A model generated the notes under the pieces. The model had not been told where the DNA came from. It did not search any database and was given only the letters and a program-made list of their open reading frames with translations. Below, piece by piece: positions 54,101 through 61,700 of a stretch of DNA of 64,000 bases. Source of the DNA: Octopus sinensis (lineage: Eukaryota); the NCBI RefSeq assembly GCF_006345805.1, contig NC_043009.1, forward strand, positions 11,718,001-11,782,000, in the 5' to 3' direction. The position numbers and the translations under genes are program-made. Positions within the stretch are counted from its first letter, which is position 1. Every line of letters begins with the position of its first letter.

Positions 54101-57100
54101 TGGTAACGGCCATGATCGGTTGGTGCTTTTTATGTGCCACTGGCACGGGAGCCAGTCAAGGTGGCACTGGCATCGACCATGTACGGATGGTGCTATTTGC
54201 ATGCCACTGGCACAGGTGCCAGGGGAGGCTGGTAACAGCTACGATCGGTTGGTGGTTTTTGACAGGAGCTGGCCAGGTTCCATGCTTGTTTTGGCATCGT
54301 TTCTATGGCTGGATGCCCTTCCTAATTGCCAACCACTTTACTGAATGTACTGAGTGCTCTTACACAGCACCAGCACAGGTGCTTTTCCATGGCACTGGTA
54401 CAGGTGTTTTTTTACATGCCACCAGCACCCATGAGCCCATAAGATTAGGAATGCTCAGCTGGAGAGAGATGCAGGGGTCAAGCCTGTATGCAGAGACAAC
54501 CATGCTTTTAGCTTGGCGTATTTGAAATATCTTTTCAAGCACAACAAATTGTCAGGAGTTACGGCCCCTGTCATCCTCTCCATGAGTTCCAATGTCTGTT
54601 GATCCTTTCTCAGCACTTCGTCCCATATCTTCCTGGGTCTACTTTTTCTACATGTTCCCTCTATGTTTAGAGATCAGCACCGCTTAACCCTTTTGTTACT
54701 GTATTTATTTTCAGATGCTCTCTGTTTCTTTCAATTACTTTAAATATAACAAAGAATTTAGTAAAATAACTTAGTTATCTTTAACCCTTTCGTTACCAAC
54801 CTGGCTGAAACCGGCTCTGGCTCTATAGTACAAAAGTCTTGTTTTCAGAAGTTTTGAATTAAAATCTCACACCAAACCTTAGTCACAATTTATGTTCCTA
54901 ACACTAGTTGAATGATAACTAAGTTATTTTACTAAATTCTTTGTTAAATTTAAAGGAATTGAAAGAAACAGAGAGCATCTAAAAAAATATACAGTAAAAA
55001 GAGGGTTAAGCTAGTGTTAAGCACATAAATTGTGACAAAGGTTTGGTGGAAGATTTAGATTCAAAACTTATGAAAATAAGACATTTGTACTCAGTGCCAG
55101 AGCCGGCTTCAGCCGGGTTGGTAACAAAAGGGTAGCAACTATAAAAAAAAAAAAAAAAAAATTTGAAACCCACCCAATTTGTAGGATGATAATTATAAGC
55201 AAATAGCTTATATGCATAACTTTAAAAAGACGCCATATTGCAACAGAAAGTACCTGAAACAATTAGTTTTTTAGCATACTGCATTCACACATAAGAAAAC
55301 AAAAATACCTGTGCTAGGAACATGATCATTTCATCCAAACTCTTGGAGTACTGACTGGGTTTAAGTTGAAAAATTTCCAAAGTTGAAATGAAGTGCTGGT
55401 GTTGTTGCAAAAACTGAAAGAAACAAATTAATATTACTCATCAATCACTGATGTCAAAAACACAAAAACCGCATCAACTCCATCAGCCAAACTGGTGAGA
55501 CTGATGTAATGGAATAAAGTTTGGATGTTCAATCTTACGTTTGAACAAGCATATGTGTATATGGCATCCGATGAATTTGATGACAAAGATTTAGCTGTTT
55601 AACCCTTTAACATTTTAAACCAGCCATATCTGGCCAAAGCATTCTGCCTCTTTTATGCTCAAACTGGTCAGATCTGGCCTCTCACACTAACCCTACAATA
55701 TCACTCCAAAAATTAACAGCTACCTCATCAAAATCTCACAGCTACAAGATGATGCATGATTAATTTAAAACAATGTGAGCAAAAAGCTGAATAAAATGGG
55801 AAGCCAGGAGACTGCATCAGACTCCAGTCTGATCTGGCAGTTTCTACAGCTGGATGCCCTTCCTAACGCCAACCACTCCGTGAGTGTAGTGGGTGCTTTT
55901 TACGTGTCACCAGCACAGGTGCCAGAGGAGGCTGGCAACGGCCACGATCGGTTCATCATCATCTGTTGAAATGAAATTAAAAAGTTGTGTGAGCAGGAGT
56001 GCATAACACAGAGGGAACACTCTGTATGTATATAAAGTCCTATAAAGTATATATGGTAGATATATAGTCCTATAAGGTTCTTACCAGAGAGTGGATGTTT
56101 CACATCAGAGTACTCTTCTGTGAGACAGAGGTTGACAAGAACTTGGATTCAACGTCCCAGTGTGGTCTTACGTTCTTGGTCACCATCTCATGTATTTCTA
56201 TGTCAACAAGCATCACTACTAGATGGTTGTCAACACTATGATGGCTTCATCTGTGCTTTAGGAAGGCCTAGCTTTTGTCTTGCTGAGCGTCTAGCAAGCT
56301 TCCTTGCAAAGCAAACAAACCAGTTTAGTGACCAAAAATTAACTATGTGTCATATTGTCCCCTATTACATGTTCACTGTAGCACTATGTACGTGTGTGCT
56401 GTACATATATTCACAATAAAAAAAACGTTATAATTAAAAAAGCAATTTATGTACTAACTTTTAAAAGTCATCACTGGTAAATATCTACTAAATAATCCAA
56501 CAACAATAATTAAAACAAAATCGATAAGCAATATAATTATGATTAAAACCATTTGATTAAATTAAATTCAGTTTTTGATTCTAGCAGGATTTGGGCTCGT
56601 AACTTAAGGGAGAGTTAACTAAATATAATATGGCGATGGCCGTACCTGATATGTTCTAGAATAGTCACTATTAGACAATTGTGAAAAACATTCGAAACTC
56701 TCCCCATTTCATGCTCGCATGCAAATGTTTGGATTTTGGAGTTATCTCCCTTGACTTTCTTGACTTTAAGCCTAGCCTTCCAATTGCTAATTAATGATAT
56801 TAGGAGAACCCCATCAACATTAAAATGATTATTTGATTATTATTAGCATTTTAATTTTATCTTTAACTGAATTTTTTTGTCATATAGTGTTTTAACTTTC
56901 TTGGAAGAAAAAAAAACTGTTTTTGTAGCCCAGAAATCTAACCAACGGCAACCTGTCTTCAAGCAAAACAAAATTTTGACACTGATGTTCCCTAGGTTAA
57001 ATTCTTCCAGACACTCCAATAAATATTTCCAAAATGGTGTAGTGAATTTCTCTAAAATATAAATATATATCACAACAATTTTCAGCGTGGAAGGTGTTTA

Positions 57101-60100
57101 TAAGCCATTTAAGAAACACACACTTCGACAATTAAATTTAATTTGTCAAAATATTTTCGTCGCTTTGAGACTGCGACCTGTTCACTGACAAAACTCTGTG
57201 TGTTTCTTAAATGGCTTATAAATACCTTCCATGCTGTAATTGCTTTCGTTCCAGCACACGATCTCAGATCAAGTCACTTGCTATGCAAGTACATCTCCGT
57301 AAATATATATAGTTGTGACAGTGAGAAGGTTGCTCCAGAACCATGTGGTTTAGAGTATGCTCCCACTGATATGGATACTGTCCGCTAGCTGCAGGTGGAT
57401 TCAATGCCTTGTGAGTGACATTCATTAGATGGACACCAGAAGAAACCCGTTGTGTGTGTGAGCGTGCATATGACAGAATGCATAATTCCTCTCGTCTTGA
57501 CATATGTGCTGTTGGTAATTTGTTAGGTAACAGATAAAGGTTGGTGTCAAGACAAGCATCTGGCAGTACAAAACTCTGCCCACTAGAATATCTTTAGTGG
57601 TGGGGGGTGGGGCGGTAGGGTGACACTTTTAATGGGGCAGTAGTTTTGGGTCTGCTGTAGGCAATATGTGGTTTTTTTGTGGGGTCCAGGGGTGGCAAAA
57701 GGAAGCATCGCCCCAGGCAGCACACACTCTAGCTATGCTAGAGATGGCCTCAATGAAATCTCATCTGACTCATGTATGGAAAAGTAGTGTGGTTGAGTGT
57801 GCATTCCTTCTGTCTTGTTATGTGCATGCTGATTGTAAACAAAGAGAAGGTGAAATGTTCAGTTTTGTATCCCACACTTCTTCCAAATACACCAACAACC
57901 TACTTGCACTCACCTAAAATTATGGTATGACCCTTTCTTTCTCTTTAACTTTCTACATCCAAGCATCATCACGTAATCTCGACAGCCATACTAAAACTGC
58001 AGTGACTTTATAAACAGAGGCCTCAGAAACAACCCCAACCAAACTGGGTCATGCCAATAGGGTTTTCAACATGAATACAAAATCACTGCATGTACCAACA
58101 AAACATTATCCCACTCACTGACTACAAAAGAGCAGTATTCAGTCAGAACCACCATGGTTTCTTCAAACACTATGCATCCCCATCACTGAAGAACTCTCCA
58201 CAGCCTTATTCAATCAAACCTCACAATTTGGATTTGTCCCTAACTCCAGCTGCTGTTGTTGTTGACCTCAAGTGCCTGAGGATAACTCTCAGAAGCGCTA
58301 AAGCCGCAGAAGGGGACAAATCATCTCATCCATTGTAGTCCCTAGTTGGCAGATATAGCGTTCAACCATCAGGGCTGGACATCTCAACAAGAGATGTTCT
58401 GCAGATTCCACCTCCTCGTTACAGTCTGCATTGATCTGTGTCACTGCATCCTGCCATCTTTTGCCACTGCCTGAGTGCCGGATGATGACCACTATGGAAG
58501 TGTATCATCTCTGAGAAGTCTGCCTTCGAGAGCTATAGTCTGCGATTGCAAATCATTGGTTGAAGCGATAGACAACCCGTTCCCCCCCAGCCCCAACAGT
58601 TAGAGAATTTCAACAAACAGCAGCCCTAGTAGCAGCTGGCAAGATTTTGAAAGTGATCTGGGTGCCGGGCCATTGCAACCTCCGTGGCAATGAACTCACA
58701 GATATGCAGGCAAAACATGGCTCAGCACTGCCACAACCGGATGCTGCCATCGATACAGCCATTCGTCAGGCAGTTATTTGTTGAATATCCCAGTCAATGC
58801 TAATTCAACATCCCCGTCTGAAGGAAGTCTTCATGAAGAAGCCTGATGAAAGAAAATCCAGCTGTTGTAGCCAACTCATCAAGTTTCTTGATGACATCAC
58901 CCAAATCACTGATGGTGGCTCATGGATGTATGTTATCTATCTTGATTCTGCAAAAGCCTTCAATTTTGTGCCACACATATGACTCATGGCAAAACTTTCT
59001 GCAACAGCTGTGAAAAATGATCTCTACAACTGGTTGATGTCCTTCATTCTCAACCGAAAACAGGTATAGTCATGGTTGTAGGACATCAATCTTCACCTTA
59101 TGAGATGACACCTAGTGTACCAGAGTGATCCATTCTTGGATCTCTATTGTTTGTTGCGTACACTAATGACACAGATGTCAACTTGAAGATTGCTATAGTT
59201 ATTTCTTTACTACCCACAAGGGGCTAAACACAGAAAGGACAAACGGATTAAGTCGATTACATCGACCCCAGTGCATAACTGGTACTTAATTTACCAGTTA
59301 CGCACTGGGGTCGATGTAATACACAGATGACATCAAGTTGTACCTAGAGATAAAAAGAACAGCTCCTATACACTATAAATCTTACCAGCAATCAGACCTG
59401 GACACAATGGATAACCAACTGGCAACTCAAGCTGGCTGCAGGTAAGTGCACCACCATGCATTTTGGGAGGAAAAACCCTGCTTTTACATTGTCCCTCAAC
59501 AGTAACAACCTTAAGAAGCTTATAGGTGAACATGGCCTGAGCATTATTACTAAAAGCAATGTGTTGGACAAACCAAATTTCTAAACCTGTCAAGAAGGCT
59601 GAGTGTGTCTTAGCATCATTCAATAAGACCTTTGTCAGCCACCCTCCAGCTATTTATCTAAAGTTGTATATGGTACATCCACACAGTTTACATCACCAGT
59701 CTGGAACTCCTATCTTGCTTGGCATATCAACCCCCTAGAAACTGTTCAGAAACGTGCAACCAGACGAATACCTGTCATCAAGCATCTACTATACTCTGAA
59801 CGTCTTGCTTCCCTGGGCATGGACACATCAAAGCTCCAATGTCAAGCAACTGACTCAGTAGACAAAAGGGTTAATATCTAGATCCGCACCCGGTGGGAAA
59901 AATGGAAACGAAAATGTGTAACAGGTGTCACCTGTTACACATTTTCGTTTCCATTTTTCCTACCGGGTGCGGATCTAGATATTAACCGACAAAAGATTAT
60001 CCACTATCTTCCCAAAATAACCTTAGGTACCTTTTTGAATTCCATGTCTAACACTTATGGACATGCATATAAAATCAAAAACACAACACAGCACCCATGA

Positions 60101-61567
60101 CTTTCAGAAGCATTTTCACACACACACAATTGCTGAAGCATGGAATAAACCATCTGCATCAGTTATTAGCTGTCAGTACATTACATCCTTCAAAACTTCC
60201 ATGTTTCCTGAAATTCACTAACAGTACACTGGATGCCTCCATCCCTCTGTTTTTTTTTTAAACATTTTCAATGAGCTGTAGTGCACTTGAGAGCACTGTA
60301 TACTATACATGTTATATCTATACTGAAAAGTACTTCCTAAGTATTTTGATTATTCTTATAGTTAGTGGGTGGCGGCACAATGTGTAAGAATTACTGCATT
60401 TTTTTACTTGGAGAAAAATATAATTTTTACAGATGTTCAATCCCTTACAAAAACTATATGAGCTGAACGAATCGAGCTGGGGCAAAATGAGTAAGGCAAG
60501 ATACGGTTAATTTGGTACTACTGCCGTAACTTTGCCTCAGTTCTCCAGATTACATTTGAGAAAAGATTTATACACATAAACATCCATCTTTAGACGTCAA
60601 AAAGATCAGAAACGGAACAAAATTTTAATAATTAAGTCAAACTGAAAATTGGCACATATGAAATAAACGAAATTCGACTGAATCTAAAAAGCCAACATAT
60701 GTTTGTGTGTCTGTGTTTGTCACACTCCCCCCACACCCAAACATCGCTTGACAACCGATGCTGGTGTATTTACGTCCCCGTAACTTAGCGGTTCGGCAAA
60801 AATTAACCGATAGAATAAGTACTGCGCTTACAAAGAATAAGTCTTGGAGTCGATTTGTTCGACTAAAGGTGGTGCTCCAGCATAGCCGCAGTCAAATGAT
60901 TGAAACAAGTAAAAACATAAAATATTCTCTATAATTTCTTCATGAAATTCTGGAGCGACTCTTTTCATAATATATTTACGCACCACGCAGTTACGGCATT
61001 AGTTGACTACATTTTACACTCTTTCAACTTTATCAACTATACAGACCAACTTTTACTCCTAAAGTTGATTCAACAATACAAAATGAGGTACTACTAGCGA
61101 ACCCAAAAGGATGATGGAAAATTCTTGTAATGCAATGATTTAAAACAAGTAGAGAAAATAACAAAAAAAAAAAAAAAAAAAATCAGAAATTACTCATTTT
61201 GCCCCACGACATATCTTTCTTATTTTATTTAAAGTAGGATTATATAAAATTAAAGAATAGAATTTATAGTTTACAAATAACAAAAGAATATAACAAAAAC
61301 AGAGGTGACATTCTACATTGGTTTGAATATTCCAAGCATTAATCGTCGAGATTTAACGAATAAATACAAACCGAGTCCTCATTGCCAACACGTGTGCAAG
61401 AGAGAGTGCTTGGGGAGTTAGAAAGAAAAGATAATTGGTTAGAACACAGGAAATGCTTCAAAAGTATTTTCATTTACCTCATCGCAATACGATTGTGGAT
61501 CTCGTTTAATCAAATTCTGTAACTGTGGTAAATTATTTGGTAACTGGTTGTGGTGCCGACTCGACAT
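537..61567 (-). CDS. SDAD1: SDA1 homolog (SDAD1), complete 20-exon gene span; 748 aa predicted
   Basis: Hand-spliced exons give one continuous ORF from [30 protein letters not shown] to [16 protein letters not shown], colinear with the SDA1 family as recalled (e.g. [53 protein letters not shown]). All 19 introns are GT..AG with matching phases; the exons sum to 2247 nt. Confidence 0.96.
625..1015 (+). mobile_element. SINE family B (tRNA-like head, internal (TA)n/(TG)n, tail ...gaaacaagtaaaagagt)
   Basis: Near-identical copies on + at about 4597-4960, 5221-5597, 9267-9608, 13915-14306, 17104-19062 (split), 38365-38802, 40842-41000 and 60700-60915. Copies on - at about 1290-1710, 16220-16795, 19585-19965, 28280-28560 and 47028-47420. 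A/B-box-like tggctgtgtggtaag...ggttcagtcc. Confidence 0.85.
2885..3125 (+). pseudogene. 3' fragment of an R4/RLE-type (restriction-like endonuclease) non-LTR retrotransposon
   Basis: Broken frames read [19 protein letters not shown] / [17 protein letters not shown] / [18 protein letters not shown], matching the VIPIVVGALG...LLGTARILR C-terminus typical of RLE LINEs. Confidence 0.7.
3251..3409 (-). CDS. SDAD1: SDAD1 exon 19 ([11 protein letters not shown]...[33 protein letters not shown])
   Basis: attcag acceptor, 159 nt, gtgaga donor. Confidence 0.95.
5629..5713 (-). CDS. SDAD1: SDAD1 exon 18 ([29 protein letters not shown])
   Basis: tttcag acceptor, 85 nt, gtaagt donor. Confidence 0.93.
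6258..6820 (+). mobile_element. hAT-like MITE with nested SINE A
   Basis: TIR CAGTGGTTCTTAA/TTAAGAACCACTA; 8-bp TSD atttatat/gtttatat (7/8). Related ends at about 33012 and 53594. Confidence 0.65.
7945..8290 (+). pseudogene. RTE-clade LINE ORF C-terminal fragment
   Basis: Degenerate [14 protein letters not shown]...WCGHVICMD...[14 protein letters not shown]...MTKDRDDW, like the RTE MLRWMCG/WYGHV/GRPxKTW motifs. Confidence 0.7.
13516..13763 (-). CDS. SDAD1: SDAD1 exon 17 (KSEVPKDTK...[16 protein letters not shown]...EKELAP)
   Basis: ttctag acceptor, 248 nt, gtaagc donor; ends in phase 2. Confidence 0.9.
14490..14987 (+). pseudogene. CR1-group LINE 3' end
   Basis: [29 protein letters not shown], then [40 protein letters not shown] (ORFs 14376-14609 and 14606-14908); ends in a (GAAAT)n/A tail. 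Confidence 0.8.
16846..17051 (-). CDS. SDAD1: SDAD1 exon 16 (acidic region DAEGTAET...[33 protein letters not shown])
   Basis: gttcag acceptor, 206 nt, gtaagt donor; contains the DGWES and GEWVDV motifs. Confidence 0.92.
17474..17525 (-). ncRNA. Putative minimal type-I hammerhead ribozyme (inverted copy, on the SDAD1 pre-mRNA strand)
   Basis: Identical reverse complement of 18274-18325. Confidence 0.6.
18274..18325 (+). ncRNA. Putative minimal type-I hammerhead ribozyme
   Basis: UGAG-CUGAUGA-U[AGA aau GUC gaguu GAC uaa UCU]U-GAAAC-GUAC-GU-U|CUCA: core boxes, stem I UGAG/CUCA, palindromic stem III. Confidence 0.6.
18754..18860. repeat. (TA)n/(TATG)n/(TG)n microsatellite, representative of many SINE-internal tracts
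   Basis: Similar tracts at 775-815, 1490-1570, 38520-38600, 41495-41521, 42167-42193 and 61800-61910. Confidence 0.9.
21868..22003 (-). CDS. SDAD1: SDAD1 exon 15 ([45 protein letters not shown])
   Basis: atgcag acceptor, 136 nt, gtaagt donor. Confidence 0.94.
22067..22429 (+). mobile_element. Non-autonomous Helitron
   Basis: A|TC start, CTAG|T end, no TSD, partly deleted subterminal hairpin; same family as 48808-49182 and 52199-52552. Confidence 0.8.
24124..24200 (-). CDS. SDAD1: SDAD1 exon 14 ([26 protein letters not shown])
   Basis: tttcag acceptor, 77 nt, gtaatt donor. Confidence 0.94.
25641..25861 (+). mobile_element. piggyBac-like MITE family E (TTAA|CCC...GGG|TTAA)
   Basis: TTAA on both sides. 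Other copies at 5855-6074, about 34790-34950, 48758-49353 (with Helitron), 54785-55005 and 54688-55132. Confidence 0.8.
27260..27830 (+). repeat. Interspersed repeat with (AAT)n tail, probably a LINE 3'UTR or SINE
   Basis: Second copy at about 25600-26130, interrupted by a TTAA MITE; no coding signal recognised. Confidence 0.55.
27847..27944 (-). CDS. SDAD1: SDAD1 exon 13 ([32 protein letters not shown])
   Basis: tttcag acceptor, 98 nt, gtaact donor. Confidence 0.95.
29215..29456. repeat. Long inverted repeat, 106-bp arms with 30-nt spacer
   Basis: 29215-29320 versus 29351-29456, 4 mismatches counted. Confidence 0.9.
29998..30074 (-). CDS. SDAD1: SDAD1 exon 12 ([26 protein letters not shown])
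   Basis: ttgaag acceptor, 77 nt, gtaagt donor; ends in phase 2. Confidence 0.94.
31158..31216 (-). CDS. SDAD1: SDAD1 exon 11 ([20 protein letters not shown])
   Basis: tgatag acceptor, 59 nt, gtaagt donor. Confidence 0.95.
32810..32971 (-). CDS. SDAD1: SDAD1 exon 10 ([11 protein letters not shown]...[29 protein letters not shown])
   Basis: ttgcag acceptor, 162 nt, gtaagt donor; phase 1/1. Confidence 0.95.
33265..33500 (+). mobile_element. SINE family C (…ttaggaagggcatccagctgtag…catgctagcatgg…gacgttaaac(GAT)n)
   Basis: More than 15 copies on both strands, e.g. 11380-11620, 23150-23510, 24690-25115, 28735-29040, 29700-29955, 30760-30965, 31700-32000, 45665-45900, 51585-51930 and 53860-54260; (GAT)n tail. 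Confidence 0.8.
33806..33875 (-). CDS. SDAD1: SDAD1 exon 9 ([23 protein letters not shown])
   Basis: tttcag acceptor, 70 nt, gtaagc donor; ends in phase 1. Confidence 0.94.
35820..35927 (-). CDS. SDAD1: SDAD1 exon 8 ([36 protein letters not shown])
   Basis: ttctag acceptor, 108 nt, gtaaaa donor; basic, NLS-like stretch. Confidence 0.9.
36070..36620 (-). pseudogene. Tx1/L1-like LINE 3' end (ORF2 C-terminus plus 3'UTR)
   Basis: ORF 36341-36586 [13 protein letters not shown]...[29 protein letters not shown] resembles the Tx1 RxRxE...FxxxW terminus; ends in AATAAA plus an (ATT)n tail. Confidence 0.6.
36622..37135 (+). mobile_element. SINE family A (ggcggtgagctggcagaa...gagttcaaattcc head), here with tandem partial duplications
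   Basis: Other copies on + at about 6470-6700 and 12105-12335. Copies on - at about 1-140, 10465-10680, 12559-13072, 15505-15732, 26140-26510 and 59200-59290, plus many degenerate ones. Tail ...cccttgtgggcaataaagaaat. Confidence 0.85.
37140..39400 (+). pseudogene. Degraded Penelope-like element (RT thumb, linker, GIY-YIG), interrupted by a SINE B at 38365-38802
   Basis: GL(Y)[22 protein letters not shown]...LSSNKDTF...[17 protein letters not shown]...LINKHF, and the GIY-YIG part IGATK...[10 protein letters not shown]...[17 protein letters not shown]...[13 protein letters not shown] (ORF 38998-39381). Confidence 0.8.
39818..40060 (+). mobile_element. SINE family D (ggcgc..gcttagtggttag tRNA-like head)
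   Basis: Related copies on - at about 3806-4125, 34403-34685 and 43313-43635, and on + at about 10810-10960 and 50470-50660. Confidence 0.75.
41522..42166 (+). mobile_element. Non-autonomous Helitron, second subfamily
   Basis: A|TCCCTCTATATATAAA...cctgggcaacgtcggg...CTAG|T. Confidence 0.75.
42194..42361. mobile_element. 168-bp foldback element (41-bp inverted arms) enclosing a hammerhead-like motif on -
   Basis: Arms 42194-42234 and 42321-42361 with 1 mismatch. Minus-strand motif UAUGG-CUGAAGA-UUGCU...AGCAU-GAAAC-GAUU-GU-A|CUACA at 42312-42225. (TA)n on the left. Confidence 0.6.
42502..42576 (-). CDS. SDAD1: SDAD1 exon 7 ([25 protein letters not shown])
   Basis: ttgcag acceptor, 75 nt, gtcagt donor. 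Confidence 0.93.
44292..44700 (+). mobile_element. About 400-bp MITE with GGATCTTTTCGGTTTGAACGGCAGTT TIRs
   Basis: Copies at 44292-44700 (+), 49709-50094 (+), 50815-51224 (-) and 63074-63489 (+). A related family (GGATCTTTACCTTTTGACC ends) is at 35222-35745, about 2030-2471 and about 62700-62785. Superfamily not assigned. Confidence 0.8.
46155..46385. mobile_element. Foldback element in (TA)n; each arm carries a degenerate hammerhead-like motif
   Basis: About 75-bp imperfect arms at 46155-46229 and 46241-46317; motifs at 46247-46284 (+) and 46188-46225 (-). Confidence 0.55.
46445..46537 (-). CDS. SDAD1: SDAD1 exon 6 ([31 protein letters not shown])
   Basis: ttgcag acceptor, 93 nt, gtaac donor. 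Confidence 0.95.
47716..47781 (-). CDS. SDAD1: SDAD1 exon 5 ([22 protein letters not shown])
   Basis: cctcag acceptor, 66 nt, gtatgt donor. Confidence 0.94.
47858..48077 (+). mobile_element. piggyBac-like MITE family F (TTAA|CCCTTTAG...CTAAAGGG|TTAA)
   Basis: TIRs and TTAA flanks. Other copies at 13180-13387, about 25110-25261 and about 55603-55790, plus partials. Confidence 0.75.
48808..49182 (-). mobile_element. Non-autonomous Helitron nested in a piggyBac-like MITE
   Basis: TC...ATGACCCAGC-AAC-GCCGGGTCAT hairpin...CTAG; splits the host MITE consensus at A|T. Confidence 0.85.
49395..49577 (-). CDS. SDAD1: SDAD1 exon 4 ([28 protein letters not shown]...[11 protein letters not shown])
   Basis: ccacag acceptor, 183 nt, gtaagt donor. 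Confidence 0.95.
52027..52125 (-). CDS. SDAD1: SDAD1 exon 3 ([33 protein letters not shown])
   Basis: acag acceptor, 99 nt, gtaagt donor; within ORF 51916-52134. Confidence 0.95.
52199..52552 (-). mobile_element. Non-autonomous Helitron
   Basis: TC...hairpin...CTAG in an A|T site; lies 73 nt upstream of exon 3. Confidence 0.8.
55309..55413 (-). CDS. SDAD1: SDAD1 exon 2 ([35 protein letters not shown])
   Basis: tttcag acceptor, 105 nt, gtattt donor; not in the ORF track. Confidence 0.94.
58248..58855. pseudogene. RNase-H-containing LINE remnant with internal inversion (RNase H on +, CCHC zinc finger and tail on -)
   Basis: + strand: [32 protein letters not shown]. - strand: [15 protein letters not shown]...[19 protein letters not shown], then a (CAA/CAG)n tail at 58248-58264. 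Confidence 0.75.
58855..60260 (+). pseudogene. Degraded CR1-group LINE RT region, carrying nested SINE and palindrome insertions
   Basis: [39 protein letters not shown]; YTDDIK; VWNSYL...[11 protein letters not shown]; 3' EAWNK-like motif. Confidence 0.8.
59869..59987. mobile_element. 119-bp near-perfect palindromic element with 8-bp TSD
   Basis: 59-bp arms, 1-nt spacer, 1 mismatch; gacaaaag at 59861-59868 and 59988-59995. Confidence 0.8.
61478..61567 (-). CDS. SDAD1: SDAD1 coding exon 1 ([30 protein letters not shown])
   Basis: ATG at 61567-61565 in ccaaaATG context; 90 nt; GT donor at 61477-61476; phase 0. Confidence 0.95.
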
Positions 61568-61700
61568 TTTGGTCGACAAAAGTAGAATACCGAGGAGTCT
61601 TAGAGTCGGAAGTGTACGGTGCAGAAGGAAATTATGACACCGCTGCGAAAATGGCCAGAACACTTATAAAAAACACAGCTTTTCGATGGCATTTAATTAA
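61568..61700 (-). promoter_or_regulatory. SDAD1 5'UTR/core promoter region, locally CpG-richer
   Basis: Immediately upstream of the ATG. ETS/GABP-like CGGAAGTG at 61607-61614 and YY1-like AAAATGGCC at 61648-61656; more CpG than the flanks; no TATA box seen. Confidence 0.5.

Noticed and set aside
41040-57240. Hammerhead-shaped fold in a repeat at about 41042-41090 (+) and about 57145-57190 (-): gtc-AGTGAACAG-gtcgc..gcgac-GAAAATATTTT-gac
   Set aside because: Both copies have GUGAACA where CUGANGA is required, so two essential core bases are wrong. It may be a PLE-derived relative but cannot be called a ribozyme.
623-61000. Most short ORFs in the six-frame track (e.g. MSSDVGG..., [22 protein letters not shown]...)
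   Set aside because: They are recurrent translations of SINE, MITE or microsatellite sequence on both strands, not genes.
588-61477. Intronic snoRNAs (ribosome-biogenesis genes often host them)
   Set aside because: TGATGA matches are dominated by (GAT)n SINE tails; I found no C/D or H/ACA candidate with terminal stems. A snoscan or Infernal run would be needed to exclude them.
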